Below, one piece after another: positions 1-11,271 of a DNA stretch of 64,000 bases. A program made the translations under genes and the position numbers. Position 1 is the stretch's first letter; every line of letters begins with the position of its first letter. The notes below the pieces were generated by a model, which was given only the letters and a program-made list of their open reading frames with translations, was not told the DNA's origin and did not search any database. This stretch comes from Candidatus Borrarchaeum weybense (GTDB lineage: Archaea > Asgardarchaeota > Sifarchaeia > Borrarchaeales > Borrarchaeaceae): NCBI GenBank assembly GCA_019057385.1, contig JAHQJS010000007.1, positions 288,001 through 352,000 of the forward strand. Reading direction: 5' to 3'.

Positions 1-1
1 G

Positions 2-1180
2 TCTGAAGAAGCACAAACCTTCACTATGGATGAAATAAAGGACTTACTAGAGTATCATAAATGCATAGAATGTTATAATTGCATTGCTGCATGCCCAAGC
101 GTGGCTGAAAGTTGGAATGAATTTATGGGACCAGCTTATATGCGAAAATATGCCCAAGTTCAGTTTGATCCAAGACGTAATAAAGATGTTTTTGAAAAGG
201 CCCTTGAAAATGGGCTATTTCGATGTACCACCTGCAAAGCCTGTGTTGAAGCATGCCCCAAAGATATCGATCTAGCTCACAAAGCGATTGAAAAACTGCG
301 ATCAGTTGTGGTTAAACACGGTCTTGGTCCCTTAGAAGGACAAAAAGAATTCATTGAACGCGTTAGATCGTACGGTAAGGCAGTTACTATTGAAAAGCAA
401 CCGTTGACAGGAGAGGATGGCCAATTTGGTGAATACGTTGGTGAGGGCGAACCTGTTATCTTTTTTACCGGTTGTATGATGGATTTACGCCTCCAAAAAA
501 TCGGTAAAGATTTAATAGATGTGTTGAACGAACTTGGCTATCAAGTGATTATTCCAACAGATCAAGTATGTTGTGGTAGCCCAGCCATACGTTCTGGTGA
601 TTTTGAATTAGGTATTCACCAATTTAAGAAAAATGTGGAAATTTTAGAACGATATGGGGTTAAAGATGTAATTGTAGGTTGTCCTGGTTGCGGAATTACC
701 TTAAAAGATGACTATTCAAGATGGGCAAAGGAAATTCTTAAACGATCGCTTAAATTTAAAACCTATGATATAAATGAATTTATTTACGAAAAAGTAATGA
801 AAATGCCCCCTCCAGAAAACCCCCTTGAACTAAAAGTAACTTATCACGACCCATGCCACTTAAATCGAGGTCAGGGGGTAAAACAGGAACCCCGTGATTT
901 GATTAAATTTACAGGCGCGGAAATAGTGGAAATGAAAGAAGCGGATCGTTGCTGTGGCGCGGGCGGAGGAGTACGTGCTGGCATAAGAGATTTTTCTAGG
1001 TTAATTGCTTCAAGAAAAGCTCAACACATAAAGGAAACGAAAGCTGAAGCTATTGTCACTCCATGCCCATTCTGTATTTTTCAATTGAAAGAATTAGTGA
1101 AAAATGAAGGAATAGACATGGAGGTAGTGCATACTGCTACTTTATTAAATCGTTTGCTTTGTAAATCCAGTAAAAATTAG
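2..1180 (+). CDS. tfrB: Fe-S/CCG-domain oxidoreductase subunit, thiol:fumarate reductase subunit B-like (5' partial; frame open to the window edge)
   Basis: Two ferredoxin motifs (CIECYNCIAACP, CTTCKACVEACP), SdhB-like FMGPA and two CCG domains (CCG..GCPGC; HDPCH..CCG..CPFC). The frame upstream of ATG 26 has no stop. Confidence 0.7.
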   Translation, partial: SEEAQTFTMDEIKDLLEYHKCIECYNCIAACPSVAESWNEFMGPAYMRKYAQVQFDPRRNKDVFEKALENGLFRCTTCKACVEACPKDIDLAHKAIEKLRSVVVKHGLGPLEGQKEFIERVRSYGKAVTIEKQPLTGEDGQFGEYVGEGEPVIFFTGCMMDLRLQKIGKDLIDVLNELGYQVIIPTDQVCCGSPAIRSGDFELGIHQFKKNVEILERYGVKDVIVGCPGCGITLKDDYSRWAKEILKRSLKFKTYDINEFIYEKVMKMPPPENPLELKVTYHDPCHLNRGQGVKQEPRDLIKFTGAEIVEMKEADRCCGAGGGVRAGIRDFSRLIASRKAQHIKETKAEAIVTPCPFCIFQLKELVKNEGIDMEVVHTATLLNRLLCKSSKN

Positions 1181-1222
1181 CCAAACATAAAAGATTATAC
1201 TTTTTTGCTAACCCTCTGAAGG

Positions 1223-2587
1223 TCACCATCCTAAGATGCTCGATATAAAAAGGATATACAAAAACACTAGCGTGAAATTGAGAGCACTCAGTATACCTCC
1301 GACTCTCATAAAATCAAGGAAAGAAAACTTGATCTTTTCTCTTTTAAACATGAGGAAAATGAGCACGGAATTTACGCCGCCAAGAGGGCTTAAAATATCT
1401 CCTAAATTCACGGCAAGGATTACAGACCATATAACAGATGCTGGGGTTGTTATTCCTGCTGATGCAACTACCGATGGGATAATGTACAACAACATTAATG
1501 CAATACTGACGCTATCAACAAAAGCCGCAATTACTCCACTAGTCACGATTAATGTAAGCCAAATGAGAATCTTATTCCCTCCCGAAAGCCTTCCTATGGC
1601 TTCCCCTATCAGATTTAACAAACCAACACTCGCAACTCCTCCTACAATTATGAAAACACCAAAGAAAAAGATTATTGTGCTCCAATCTATGCGTTTTATG
1701 ATCTTATCTATGTTAGAATATTCCCCGGTAATAAGGATTAGGGTAATTGAACCTATTAATGCAATCAAGAAGAATGGAATTCCTAAAAATCCTGCAAGAA
1801 TAAATCCTATAATTAGTGCTGCAAAGAAGAGAAAGAATCTTTTTACCAAAGCAGTATTCTTTACCACATCTGCAGCTTCTAGTGCGAGTATAATTTCAAT
1901 TTCACTTTCTGTAATGCATTCCCCGACGCAAACAAACCTATCACGGACTAGATGCTTACCTATAACTAAGTTAATCCCAAAAATTAGTAATGAAAAAGGA
2001 AAAGCAATCAATAGAAATCTATCATATGAAAGATAATATTCTGGTGCGAAAGAGAAGTTTGATGCTATGATAATATTCGTTAGACTGCTAGTTATTGAGG
2101 CACAACTAGCAGCATTCGAAGACACGACTTCAGTTAAAAGGAAAGGCATAGGATCAAGTTTCATATTTTTAACTAAAACCAATGTAATGCCGCCTACGAT
2201 CAAAAAAGCAGATTCATCTCCCAAAAACGCTGATAAAATAAAAACAAGTGCATTTGTATAGAACAAAATCTTCTCCGTGTCCCCTTTCGTAAGTTTTATG
2301 ATCGTTACAGTTAAATAATTAAGTATTCCAGAACTTTTTGAGACTTCTACGATGACTAAAAGAGATAGGATTATAATAATGGCACCCCAATCCACGAGTT
2401 CAGTAAGAACCTCTTTTTCAGTGAAAATTTCAGTTCCAGCAAAGAAATAGATATATGCAACAGTCATGGTGACTGCTGCTCCACCAATAGCAACTAGCGT
2501 TTTGTTTATTTTGTCAGAAGCAATAAGAATATATGCAATGATCATAATTACTGTAAAAGGAATCATAACAAGCAAATATGCCACCAA
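1223..2587 (-). CDS. ArsB/NhaD/SLC13 (IT superfamily) anion permease
   Basis: 454 aa with about 12 hydrophobic segments; IDWSTIIFFFGVFIIVGG and NLGDILSPLGG motifs. Confidence 0.85.
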   Translation of the reverse strand: MVAYLLVMIPFTVIMIIAYILIASDKINKTLVAIGGAAVTMTVAYIYFFAGTEIFTEKEVLTELVDWGAIIIILSLLVIVEVSKSSGILNYLTVTIIKLTKGDTEKILFYTNALVFILSAFLGDESAFLIVGGITLVLVKNMKLDPMPFLLTEVVSSNAASCASITSSLTNIIIASNFSFAPEYYLSYDRFLLIAFPFSLLIFGINLVIGKHLVRDRFVCVGECITESEIEIILALEAADVVKNTALVKRFFLFFAALIIGFILAGFLGIPFFLIALIGSITLILITGEYSNIDKIIKRIDWSTIIFFFGVFIIVGGVASVGLLNLIGEAIGRLSGGNKILIWLTLIVTSGVIAAFVDSVSIALMLLYIIPSVVASAGITTPASVIWSVILAVNLGDILSPLGGVNSVLIFLMFKREKIKFSFLDFMRVGGILSALNFTLVFLYILFISSILGW

Positions 2588-2829
2588 TGATTTCTAGTTA
2601 TTTTTATCCAATCAAAATGGATTAGAGAGATAATTTGAACATCTTTAATTCAAAGGGTTTTGTCCCTGACGGATTGGGCAGATAGATATTCATTTCAAAA
2701 TATATTGATTATTTTGCAGAGTTATTATTTCAGTTTATTTTATGAATTCTTATATTCTAAATTGTCTATATTATTTGTTTTAAATAGAATTCAGAATCTC
2801 TTCATTTAGGAAGAGTTGGAGAGAATCGG

Positions 2830-3651
2830 TTGGACGAATTAGTCGAATTAACTAATGCTCTTAAAGACCTTGGCCTCACAGAATACGAGGCAAAAGCTTA
2901 CATAACTCTAGTTAGATTAAACAGTGGTAATGCTAGTGAAATTGCACATGAATCTGATGTTCCACGTCCAAAAATATACGAGACTCTAAGTGAATTGGAA
3001 AAAAAAGATTTAGTTGAGATTCAATACGGAAAACCTCGACGTTATAGACCAACAACCCCAGAAGTAGCAATAGAAAAACTAGCTCAAAGATATCACGATG
3101 CGACAGATCTTGCGATTAAGGAACTTAAGAGTTTGAAAAAAATTGAAACTGGTCGTCCTGAAGAAATTATATGGACTCTTCGGGGAGGAGAACAAATTGT
3201 TAATCGAATACAAGCAATGCTTCCAAGTGCTAAATCTGAAATTATTATGGGTATTCCTATTGAGGATCTTCCTTTATTTATCGAAACAATTTCGGATTTA
3301 TGCTCTCAAGGTATTAGAATAAGACTTACTTTTGGAAAAGATGACCTCCCAAGACTGACTGCACTCCCGTTAGATCCAAATCTAGAAGTAGGAATTATCC
3401 CAATCACACTTCCAGATGAAAATGCTCTGCCGTTTACACATCCTGGTCGCCATATAATACCGCCAGGCTCACGCATTGTCGTAATAGATGAAAATGAGAT
3501 TTTATTTACATTTCCTAGTGTTCAAGAAAGTGAGTTTGGGATATGGGCAAAGAGCCCCGGGCTTGTGTTTATTTTTAAATTCTTTTATGAACAATTTTGG
3601 AATTTTGCTATTCCATTAGAAGAAAGACTTAAAAAAACGGATTTAAGTTAA
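2830..3651 (+). CDS. TrmB-family transcriptional regulator
   Basis: N-terminal LGLTEYEAKAY..VPRPKIYETL winged helix; C-terminal effector domain. Confidence 0.9.
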   Translation: MDELVELTNALKDLGLTEYEAKAYITLVRLNSGNASEIAHESDVPRPKIYETLSELEKKDLVEIQYGKPRRYRPTTPEVAIEKLAQRYHDATDLAIKELKSLKKIETGRPEEIIWTLRGGEQIVNRIQAMLPSAKSEIIMGIPIEDLPLFIETISDLCSQGIRIRLTFGKDDLPRLTALPLDPNLEVGIIPITLPDENALPFTHPGRHIIPPGSRIVVIDENEILFTFPSVQESEFGIWAKSPGLVFIFKFFYEQFWNFAIPLEERLKKTDLS

Positions 3652-3766
3652 GGTTTACATACGTAAATATAATAAATTTCTTGGAGAATCGTAAGCTAAT
3701 AATGAAAAAATATTTCTATTTCTCAGTTCTCATTAAATTTATTTCAAGTTAAGGAGATAATTCACG

Positions 3767-4912
3767 ATGAAATTGCATGAGTATGAAGCTAAAAAGATAT
3801 TTGCTGAGTATGGCGTCCCTGTTCCAAACGGCGAAATAGCATCTAATTCTGATGAGGTTAAAGCAATCGCTGATCGTCTAAATAGACCAGTGGTTGTCAA
3901 ATCGCAAATTTTAGTTTCTGGGAGAGGCAAAGCAGGCGGAATTAAAATTGCTGAAAAATCAGAAGACGCAAAAACTGTGAGCCAAAGTATTCTGGGTATG
4001 AATATTAAGGGACTCACAGTCGAAAAAGTTCTGGTGGAAGAGAGGCTCAATATTGCTAAAGAGTTTTATTTGAGCATCATTGTAGATCGCAGTGCACGGA
4101 GCTATGTAACCATTACCGCAAAAGAAGGTGGCGTAGATATTGAGCAATTAGCATTAGAAAAGCCTGATCAAATACTCAAAGTTTACATCCAGCCGTACTT
4201 TGGAATTCGAACTTTTGAAGTAAGAAAACTCGCGCAATTTCTTACATCCTCAAGAGAATTACAGAAAGAGATTATTTCTATAATAAACAAGTTTTTTGAA
4301 GTTGTTACTGCATATGACTGCGAACTTATTGAAAGTAATCCGTTGGTATTGACAAAAGAGGGTAAAATTATCGCCGCAGACGCACGAATGATTATTGACG
4401 ACAATTCTTTGTTTCGACATCCTCAATTACAGGATAAGGCTAAAGAAGAGTTACGTGATCTTACTGAGTTTGAATTAAGAGCTAAGGAATTTGGTTTTAG
4501 TTATGTTGATCTTGATGGCAATATTGGAATCATAGCTAATGGAGCTGGCTTGACAATGGCTTCAATGGACATAATTGATTTTTATGGTGGAAGGCCAGCA
4601 AATTTCCTAGATATTGGTGGTGGTGCTCGTGCTGAAAGAATGCTAGAGGCAACAAAATTACTTTTAGAGAACCCTAGAGTAAAAGGTATCCTTGTAAATA
4701 TACTTGGAGGAATTACACGCGGTGATGAAGTAGCACAGGGAATTGTGGACGCGCTTAAAATCACAGCTGTAAATAAGCCGATTGTAATTCGTCTCGTGGG
4801 AACAAGAGAAAAAGAAGGACAAAAAATTCTGGAAGAAGCAGGTATTGAATATCTTAAATCTATGGAAACGGCAGCTAAAAGAATAGTAGAACTTGTCGGT
4901 AGCGGAGGATAA
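3767..4912 (+). CDS. sucC: Succinyl-CoA synthetase beta subunit
   Basis: MKLHEYEAK, GRGKAGGI, NGAGLTMASMD and PANFLDIGGG motifs. Confidence 0.97.
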   Translation: MKLHEYEAKKIFAEYGVPVPNGEIASNSDEVKAIADRLNRPVVVKSQILVSGRGKAGGIKIAEKSEDAKTVSQSILGMNIKGLTVEKVLVEERLNIAKEFYLSIIVDRSARSYVTITAKEGGVDIEQLALEKPDQILKVYIQPYFGIRTFEVRKLAQFLTSSRELQKEIISIINKFFEVVTAYDCELIESNPLVLTKEGKIIAADARMIIDDNSLFRHPQLQDKAKEELRDLTEFELRAKEFGFSYVDLDGNIGIIANGAGLTMASMDIIDFYGGRPANFLDIGGGARAERMLEATKLLLENPRVKGILVNILGGITRGDEVAQGIVDALKITAVNKPIVIRLVGTREKEGQKILEEAGIEYLKSMETAAKRIVELVGSGG

Positions 4913-4915
4913 AAA

Positions 4916-5794
4916 ATGACTATTCTAGTTGATAAAAAAACTAAAATTCTTGTTCAAGGGATAACTGGCCGGGAAGGTCAATTTCATACGAAAGTCATGT
5001 TAGACTATGGTACACAAATTGTTGCCGGAGTGACACCTGGTAAGGGTGGACAAGAATTACATGGAATTCCTGTATATGACTATGTTTCAGAAGCTGTTGA
5101 GGAAACACAAGCGACAGCATCGATACTTTTCATACCTGCAAGGTTTGTTGCGGATGCTGTGTATGAAGCTATTGAATCAAATTTAAATCCGATTGTTATT
5201 ATAACTGAAGGCATTCCAATAAGAGATTCCATTGGATTCGTGAACTATGCGCGAGATAAAAATATCGTGATAATAGGTCCAAATTGCCCGGGAATCATTT
5301 CTCCTGAAGAGTGTAAAGTGGGCGTCATGCCTTCTCATGTATTTCGAAAAGGTCCCGTAGGCATTATTGCACGCTCAGGCACACTTTTTTATGAAATCGC
5401 AGCAACATTGACTGATGCTGATTCTAGGTTGGGACAAAGTACCTGTGTTGGTATAGGCGGCGATCCAATAATTGGGAGTGACTTCATTGAAATAGTTCAA
5501 CGATTTCAAGCAGATCCTGAAACAAAGGCTATGGTAATTATCGGTGAAATCGGAGGAGATGCAGAAGAAAGACTTGCAGATTACGTACAGGATCATAAAG
5601 TGAAACCAACTGTTGCCTTTATAGCAGGCAAGACTGCACCGCCAGGTAAGCGAATGGGACATGCAGGTGCTATTATTTCAATGGGTGTAGGTTCTGCTGA
5701 AGGTAAGATCTATCGCTTAAAAGAAACAGGAATTCAAGTAGCAGATGTTCCCTCTGATGTCGCAAAAATTTTAAAAGATGTATTAAGCTTCTGA
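4916..5794 (+). CDS. sucD: Succinyl-CoA synthetase alpha subunit
   Basis: QGITGREG, GPNCPG and phospho-His motif RMGHAGAI; directly follows sucC. Confidence 0.97.
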   Translation: MTILVDKKTKILVQGITGREGQFHTKVMLDYGTQIVAGVTPGKGGQELHGIPVYDYVSEAVEETQATASILFIPARFVADAVYEAIESNLNPIVIITEGIPIRDSIGFVNYARDKNIVIIGPNCPGIISPEECKVGVMPSHVFRKGPVGIIARSGTLFYEIAATLTDADSRLGQSTCVGIGGDPIIGSDFIEIVQRFQADPETKAMVIIGEIGGDAEERLADYVQDHKVKPTVAFIAGKTAPPGKRMGHAGAIISMGVGSAEGKIYRLKETGIQVADVPSDVAKILKDVLSF

Positions 5795-5840
5795 CGAAAT
5801 TGTTATCTAGTACATCTCTTATTATTTATGAATGGGTAAT

Positions 5841-6176
5841 TCAGGTACTAAAAATATCGCTTCCGAGCCGAATTGTTGCTAGTTTTTCTGATATATTGTC
5901 ACAAACACCCATATATTCGCCTATTAGGTTAAAAAGCAGTCTCCGGTCATTCACATTAAAAGGTAAAAGATTTTCGTTCTGACTATAAATGCCACCAAGT
6001 TCACCAAGTAAGAAATGAACAATTTCTATCAATTTCTCGATAATTTGTTCCTCTGCTTGTAGCCAAGTTTTTAGAAGAGCAAATTTTGTTTGTATTCCCA
6101 TCTTTTGTTCCATTTCTTTCTTCTTGATAGTCATCTTAATCATAATCGATTTTTTAGGCATTAATTTAAGCACCAC
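5841..6176 (-). CDS. Hypothetical helical protein (start uncertain)
   Basis: 111-aa ORF convergent with sucD; no recognisable motif. Confidence 0.5.
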   Translation of the reverse strand: MVLKLMPKKSIMIKMTIKKKEMEQKMGIQTKFALLKTWLQAEEQIIEKLIEIVHFLLGELGGIYSQNENLLPFNVNDRRLLFNLIGEYMGVCDNISEKLATIRLGSDIFST

Positions 6177-6440
6177 GAAGTCGCTAATACATCCTAAATT
6201 GTATCAATTGGTAATAAGAAGTAAAGAATTCACTGAACAAAAACTGTTTTTTCATTTAAGCGACAGTCTTTACGTTTAAACGTATGTTCAGGTCTAAAAT
6301 TCTGTGGTCTTTTAAATTATTGTTCTAAAAAGACATTATGTAAGTATTTTGTATTTTTAATTTCTTTTAAAAACAAAAAACGGAGTGTGGAAAAATGGAT
6401 CCAGGATGGCCTTGGCCATATTAAATTTCAAAAGACACAT

Positions 6441-6971
6441 CTAAGCTTTTTCTTCTTGATCTCTTTTAACAAGTTTTATCAATCTTTTTACTATTGTTTC
6501 GGTGTCAATTCTCTCTAAGAATCTGTTTGTAAGTTCGATTACAGACACTCCATCTTTTTCTTTAAGTTCAATTATGTCATTTTTCACAAGTAAATTTAAA
6601 TGGGACATTATATCTACCTTTTCTCCCCTTTCTTCGCGTAAAAGTTGAGTTGTAAGTTGTTCTTTTCTTATTACATGCAGTACAATGAGTGCTAATGTTG
6701 CACGTACTGATTTAGGTAAAAATGACTTTACTAGTTCTTTTTCCTGAAGCGTTTCAATTTTTGCGTCTGAAATCATCAACATGAATCGTTTCGTTACAGG
6801 GTTATAATGAAGTTTAAGTGGAAAATCTTTGATTCTTTCTTCAAGCTGTGAAAGGAGGAAAAGAGAATACTCGAAATCCTTTATTCTTGTAAGGGATCCA
6901 ATATCTTTAACAGAAACCCCTTCAAATCCTCTTAAAAATAATAAAGTCTCTAGCATTTCAAGATGGCTCAT
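6441..6971 (-). CDS. scpB: ScpB-like (kite) tandem winged-helix subunit
   Basis: LETLLF N-terminus, LPKSVRATLALI, RG...HLNLL and C-terminal LTNRFL resemble ScpB; last gene of the smc operon. Confidence 0.7.
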   Translation of the reverse strand: MSHLEMLETLLFLRGFEGVSVKDIGSLTRIKDFEYSLFLLSQLEERIKDFPLKLHYNPVTKRFMLMISDAKIETLQEKELVKSFLPKSVRATLALIVLHVIRKEQLTTQLLREERGEKVDIMSHLNLLVKNDIIELKEKDGVSVIELTNRFLERIDTETIVKRLIKLVKRDQEEKA

Positions 6972-6972
6972 T

Positions 6973-7710
6973 TTAAGTCCTCTTATCTCTCTTAGTTATT
7001 TTCTTTGTTTCTAGAAAAATCTCTCCATCTGGAAAATCCTTTTGCCACATTGCTATGGATCCTTCGTGAGCAAGATAAGTGAGTACAGTTAATTTATTTA
7101 GGACTTCGCGCCAGGAAGGATGCTTCGATAATATTTTGCTGAATGGAATCGTTTCTATGGTATACTTATCTAGTTTTTCAAATAGATTCTTTTTATCTTT
7201 TTCAATACTCCTAGGTTCAAAGTCGATTAGATCTAACTCTAGTGTTTTAGCTTTTAAACTTCCACTTCCATACTTTGTTGGATTTCTTTTCATCATTAGA
7301 TCTAGATACGCATCGATAATTTCTTGTTCTTGTATAGGAAGATATAAGCTGCCGATAGGATGTAAGACGCTCAGAATACTTGTGAGTTTGAATTCAATTT
7401 CATCCCTTCTCAATAAGGCCGCAATATCCAGCAAGAAGGAAAGCTCTTTGAGACTCACTTTCTTGCCTAAGAGTTCATTTAATAAGATATCTATTTTGGT
7501 TTCTAAAATTTTTGAGATAGTAGATAATGCACCTATTATCTCATCATCAAGCCTACCTGATCGAATACTCTCACGTAATTTTAAAATGAACTCTGCTAGG
7601 TCTATTTCTTTTGGTTTTTTTCTTCCGGAAGAAATGTCAAAATCTATTTGGGCAATAATACTTGCAATGTCATCGCCTATGCTTTTTTCTATAATATCAG
7701 AATCATCCAT
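6973..7710 (-). CDS. scpA: ScpA-like kleisin subunit (divergent)
   Basis: KPKEIDL near the N-terminus; C-terminal winged helix LTYLAHEGSIAMWQKDFPDGEIFL; lies between smc and scpB. Confidence 0.7.
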   Translation of the reverse strand: MDDSDIIEKSIGDDIASIIAQIDFDISSGRKKPKEIDLAEFILKLRESIRSGRLDDEIIGALSTISKILETKIDILLNELLGKKVSLKELSFLLDIAALLRRDEIEFKLTSILSVLHPIGSLYLPIQEQEIIDAYLDLMMKRNPTKYGSGSLKAKTLELDLIDFEPRSIEKDKKNLFEKLDKYTIETIPFSKILSKHPSWREVLNKLTVLTYLAHEGSIAMWQKDFPDGEIFLETKKITKRDKRT

Positions 7711-7721
7711 AAGTATCGCCG

Positions 7722-10700
7722 CTAAACAGACGCCTCTAAGAAACTATAATCGTCAATTTTTCGACAAACTACTTGTGTCACACCTTTTTCTTTCCATAGA
7801 CTGTATACTCTATCTGCATGTGTGCGTAAATACTCATTTCTCGGTGTAATTACGAGATATTGTGCATTCTCAGAATATCCTGCTAGAAGTTTTCCAAGAT
7901 TTTCACTGTGAACGTCGTCGAGATGCATATCTATCTCATCTAATAAATAAAGAGGAGCGGGTTCATAGGCTTGAATTGCTAAAATCAATGCAATGACTGT
8001 CGCTGATTTCTCACCACCGCTTAACTGAATAAGTTTACTTATTTTGCCTGCTCCTACGTCAACTTCGATATTCACACCGCCTGCTAATGGATCTTTTTTA
8101 TTTAGGAGTACAAGTTTTGCCGATCCTCCCCCATGAAGTACCTTGAAAATCTCACCAAAGTGGCGGTTTATTTTTTCAAATGTATTCAAGAATAAGATTT
8201 TCTTTTGATTTTGAATCTCTTCAAGCGATTTAACTATCTCTTTCTTTTCTATTTCTACTTGTTTCTTCTCTTGAAATAGATCTTTGCGTCTTTTGGCTTC
8301 CATATCATATTTCTTAATAGCATTTGGATCTACAGGTCCAAGTTTGCCTATTTCCTTTTCAAGTTGTTCTATATTCTTTAAAACATCCTCAAGAGTCTGA
8401 ATATCATCTTCTGGGACCTGGATATTTAGTTTTCTAATCTCCTCATCAATACGATTTATTTCCTGCTGAGATGAAGAAATATTTATTTGATGCTGATAGA
8501 GTTTTTTGTCTAGCTCATTTCTTTCGTTAACCAATTTTTCTTCAGTTTTTACTTCAGTTTTTATTAGTGTCACTAAATTATTTAACTTGGACTTTAATGC
8601 AAGCCTTTCATCTTCTAAAATGGATATTTCTTCTTCATGTTTCAGTATCTGTTCGTTTATTTCTTTAATTTTGTCTGATAGTTGAGTTTGATCATTTTTT
8701 GCTGCATTAATCTTTTCGCTGTTGTCTTTTATTTGCAACTCCTTCGTTTCTTTCATCATTTCTGTATTTTCTTGCTTATTTTCAAGTTTGGCAATTTCTT
8801 TTTCAGTTGTTAGAATACTACGTTCCGTATTCAGAAGTTCTTTTCTAATGTTCTCAAGAGATTCCTTAAGTTCTTGGAATTGTGTTTTTTTGATTTCCTC
8901 TTCTATAACTTGTGCTGCTTCTTGAATCATTTCAAAGTTATTCTCAGTGTTCTTGAGTTCAATATCCTTTCCATCTTTTTCTTTTTTAATGGTTTCAATT
9001 TCTTTGTCAATAGTTTCGAGTTCTTCATTAAGAAGAGCAACTTCATTTAATATTTGATTTTGAACTTCTGTTAGTGTTGACTTCTTTCCTCTTATTGAAC
9101 CTAGGTTACCCTGTAGTGTACTTTTCTTTTTTTCTAAATCATTAAAAGTCTTTTTCTTAATATTTAGCTTATTTTTAATCTCTTCAAGTTTTGTTTCTGT
9201 TTCTAAAAGTTCTTGCTTTAATTTCTCTAATTTTTCTTTATTATATTTTGTTGTAAGAAACCGCGAGTCCATGTTACCACTGATAATTGCACCATTTAGA
9301 ATTAAGTCTTTGTTTAATGTTATTGCACCAAAATCACTAAAACTTAATGCAGTAGGTAAGTCTTCGATTACTAAGATGTCTCCAAAGACATTTTCTTTTA
9401 AATGCTCGTATCCAGGTTTAAAAGTAACTAAATCTTTTATCTTTTGATAATCTTTTGTTTCTTCTGGAAACGATCGGCCACTTTCATTCCCATTTAAGTT
9501 TCGGAGTGGAAGTAATACCACTCTAGGAATTTTTTCCCTATGCAAAAATTCAATAATTTCAGTGAGATTTTCATCCTCTACTACCAGCGCCTGCAATTTA
9601 TCTGGGCCGATCGCACTCTCAATAATATCTACGAATTGAGTATCAACTTCTTCAATTAATTCTATGAGGGTACCGAGAACTCCCTGTATGTGACCTGAAT
9701 TTCGTGCTTGTAGAACTGCTTCTACCGCCTTATCATATTTGATTTTTCCTTCTTTAATTAATTCCTGTAGTGTATTACGTTCTTCTTTGAGTTCATTGTA
9801 CTTTGTTTGAATTGTTGCGATTTCTACCTGAATATTTTCAACTTCTTGGTTCAAAGGCTCTATTTTTTTACTGATTTGATCTAATTCTTTAGATTCATTA
9901 TCAAATCTCTCTTCAAGTGTAATAATTTCTTGTTTACTCTTTTCTAATTCTATTTTTTTATTATTTAGTGTCTTAAAGGCTTTTTCCTTTTGACGTGTCT
10001 TTTCATCAATTATTTTAGCAAGATTTCCTAGTTCATTGTTCAGGATTTTAATTGAATAATTCAGTGCATCTTTCTTTTTCTTTATCTCTAATTGGTTTTG
10101 AACAAGTGTTTCATTTTCTTTCTTCGCTGTTTCAAACATCTCTTCAAATTCTTTCGTTTTTTCGGTTAAAGAATTAAGTTCCGAGTCTAAATCACTCTTT
10201 TGTGCATTTTTCTTTTCGAAAAGCTTATGTAACTTTTCAATTTCTTGATTAATCGTTTCAATTTCTGAATTTAACTGTTCGTTTTGGGTCTTTATCTGTG
10301 AAATTCTAAGATCAAGAACTTTAGATTCATTTTTTAATCTATTCAGTTCAGATTTAAATCCTTCAATTATTCCTGATGCTTTTGCTTTATTTTTTTCAAT
10401 TCTCCTTTCTTCTGCTTCAAGCGCTTCTTTTTGTGTTTGTAGAATCTGCGTATTTTCTGCATATTTTTCAATTTTCTTAGTTAAGATCTCTTTCTTGTGT
10501 TCTTGTTCTTCTTTTATTTTGTTAAGTTTCTCATGTTCATTCTTATGGTGCTGTCGCATATGCCTAAATCGTAATACTTTGTGCTTTCTTAATCTTTTAT
10601 CTATCTCCTCAAATTCCAATGTTCTGTTCTTTTCTTTTTCTAAGCCTTCAAGAATTCTATAAGAATCTCCTAGATAAAGGTCCAATTGTTGTAATTTGTC

Positions 10701-11258
10701 ATCAATACTAAGAATTCGGGCTTCAATTTCATTTATCTCAGCATCGAATCTTGCCGTACCTGCAATACTTTCAAGCAACTGTCTTCGACTATCCGGATCT
10801 TCTGTAGCACGTTCAACAATTCTCCCCTGCTTGATGATATTATAACCTTCTGCTGTAATTCCTGCTTTTGCAAGGCACTCAAGAATTTCTGTAAGAGATA
10901 TAGCCTCATCATCTAGCTTATAGACACTATAGTGAGATCCCTTCGGCGTCAATCGAATTTGACGTAGTACTGTAATTTCATCTTTGTCTAAAGGGATCCT
11001 TCTGTCACTGTTGTCAAAAGTTATTTTTACTTCGGCAGAATTAGTCAAATATTTTCCAGCACGACGAGTGATTACTTCGAGGACCTTATCGGTTCTTTCG
11101 TCGCGACCACCAAGGACAAATGAAATGCCGTCTAAGATGTTTGATTTCCCAGACCCATTAGCTCCTTGTATCAGGGTAAAGCCTTTTGTGAATCTGATCT
11201 CTCGTGAACCATAAAAGGATTTATAATTCGTAAAGGTCATGCTTTTTAAATAGACCAT
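7722..11258 (-). CDS. smc: Chromosome segregation protein SMC
   Basis: Walker A GANGSGKS, Q-loop NIIKQG, coiled coils, hinge GVLGTLIELI, signature LSGGEK, Walker B/D-loop LLDEIDMHLD. ATG 11258 preferred over TTG 11270. Confidence 0.95.
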   Translation of the reverse strand: MVYLKSMTFTNYKSFYGSREIRFTKGFTLIQGANGSGKSNILDGISFVLGGRDERTDKVLEVITRRAGKYLTNSAEVKITFDNSDRRIPLDKDEITVLRQIRLTPKGSHYSVYKLDDEAISLTEILECLAKAGITAEGYNIIKQGRIVERATEDPDSRRQLLESIAGTARFDAEINEIEARILSIDDKLQQLDLYLGDSYRILEGLEKEKNRTLEFEEIDKRLRKHKVLRFRHMRQHHKNEHEKLNKIKEEQEHKKEILTKKIEKYAENTQILQTQKEALEAEERRIEKNKAKASGIIEGFKSELNRLKNESKVLDLRISQIKTQNEQLNSEIETINQEIEKLHKLFEKKNAQKSDLDSELNSLTEKTKEFEEMFETAKKENETLVQNQLEIKKKKDALNYSIKILNNELGNLAKIIDEKTRQKEKAFKTLNNKKIELEKSKQEIITLEERFDNESKELDQISKKIEPLNQEVENIQVEIATIQTKYNELKEERNTLQELIKEGKIKYDKAVEAVLQARNSGHIQGVLGTLIELIEEVDTQFVDIIESAIGPDKLQALVVEDENLTEIIEFLHREKIPRVVLLPLRNLNGNESGRSFPEETKDYQKIKDLVTFKPGYEHLKENVFGDILVIEDLPTALSFSDFGAITLNKDLILNGAIISGNMDSRFLTTKYNKEKLEKLKQELLETETKLEEIKNKLNIKKKTFNDLEKKKSTLQGNLGSIRGKKSTLTEVQNQILNEVALLNEELETIDKEIETIKKEKDGKDIELKNTENNFEMIQEAAQVIEEEIKKTQFQELKESLENIRKELLNTERSILTTEKEIAKLENKQENTEMMKETKELQIKDNSEKINAAKNDQTQLSDKIKEINEQILKHEEEISILEDERLALKSKLNNLVTLIKTEVKTEEKLVNERNELDKKLYQHQINISSSQQEINRIDEEIRKLNIQVPEDDIQTLEDVLKNIEQLEKEIGKLGPVDPNAIKKYDMEAKRRKDLFQEKKQVEIEKKEIVKSLEEIQNQKKILFLNTFEKINRHFGEIFKVLHGGGSAKLVLLNKKDPLAGGVNIEVDVGAGKISKLIQLSGGEKSATVIALILAIQAYEPAPLYLLDEIDMHLDDVHSENLGKLLAGYSENAQYLVITPRNEYLRTHADRVYSLWKEKGVTQVVCRKIDDYSFLEASV

Positions 11259-11271
11259 AATAGACCACAAT

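Noticed and set aside
1236-2036. Long antisense ORFs (1236-2036, 7079-7849, 62811-63272 and many shorter ones)
   Set aside because: They are shadows of well-supported genes on the opposite strand and have no motifs of their own
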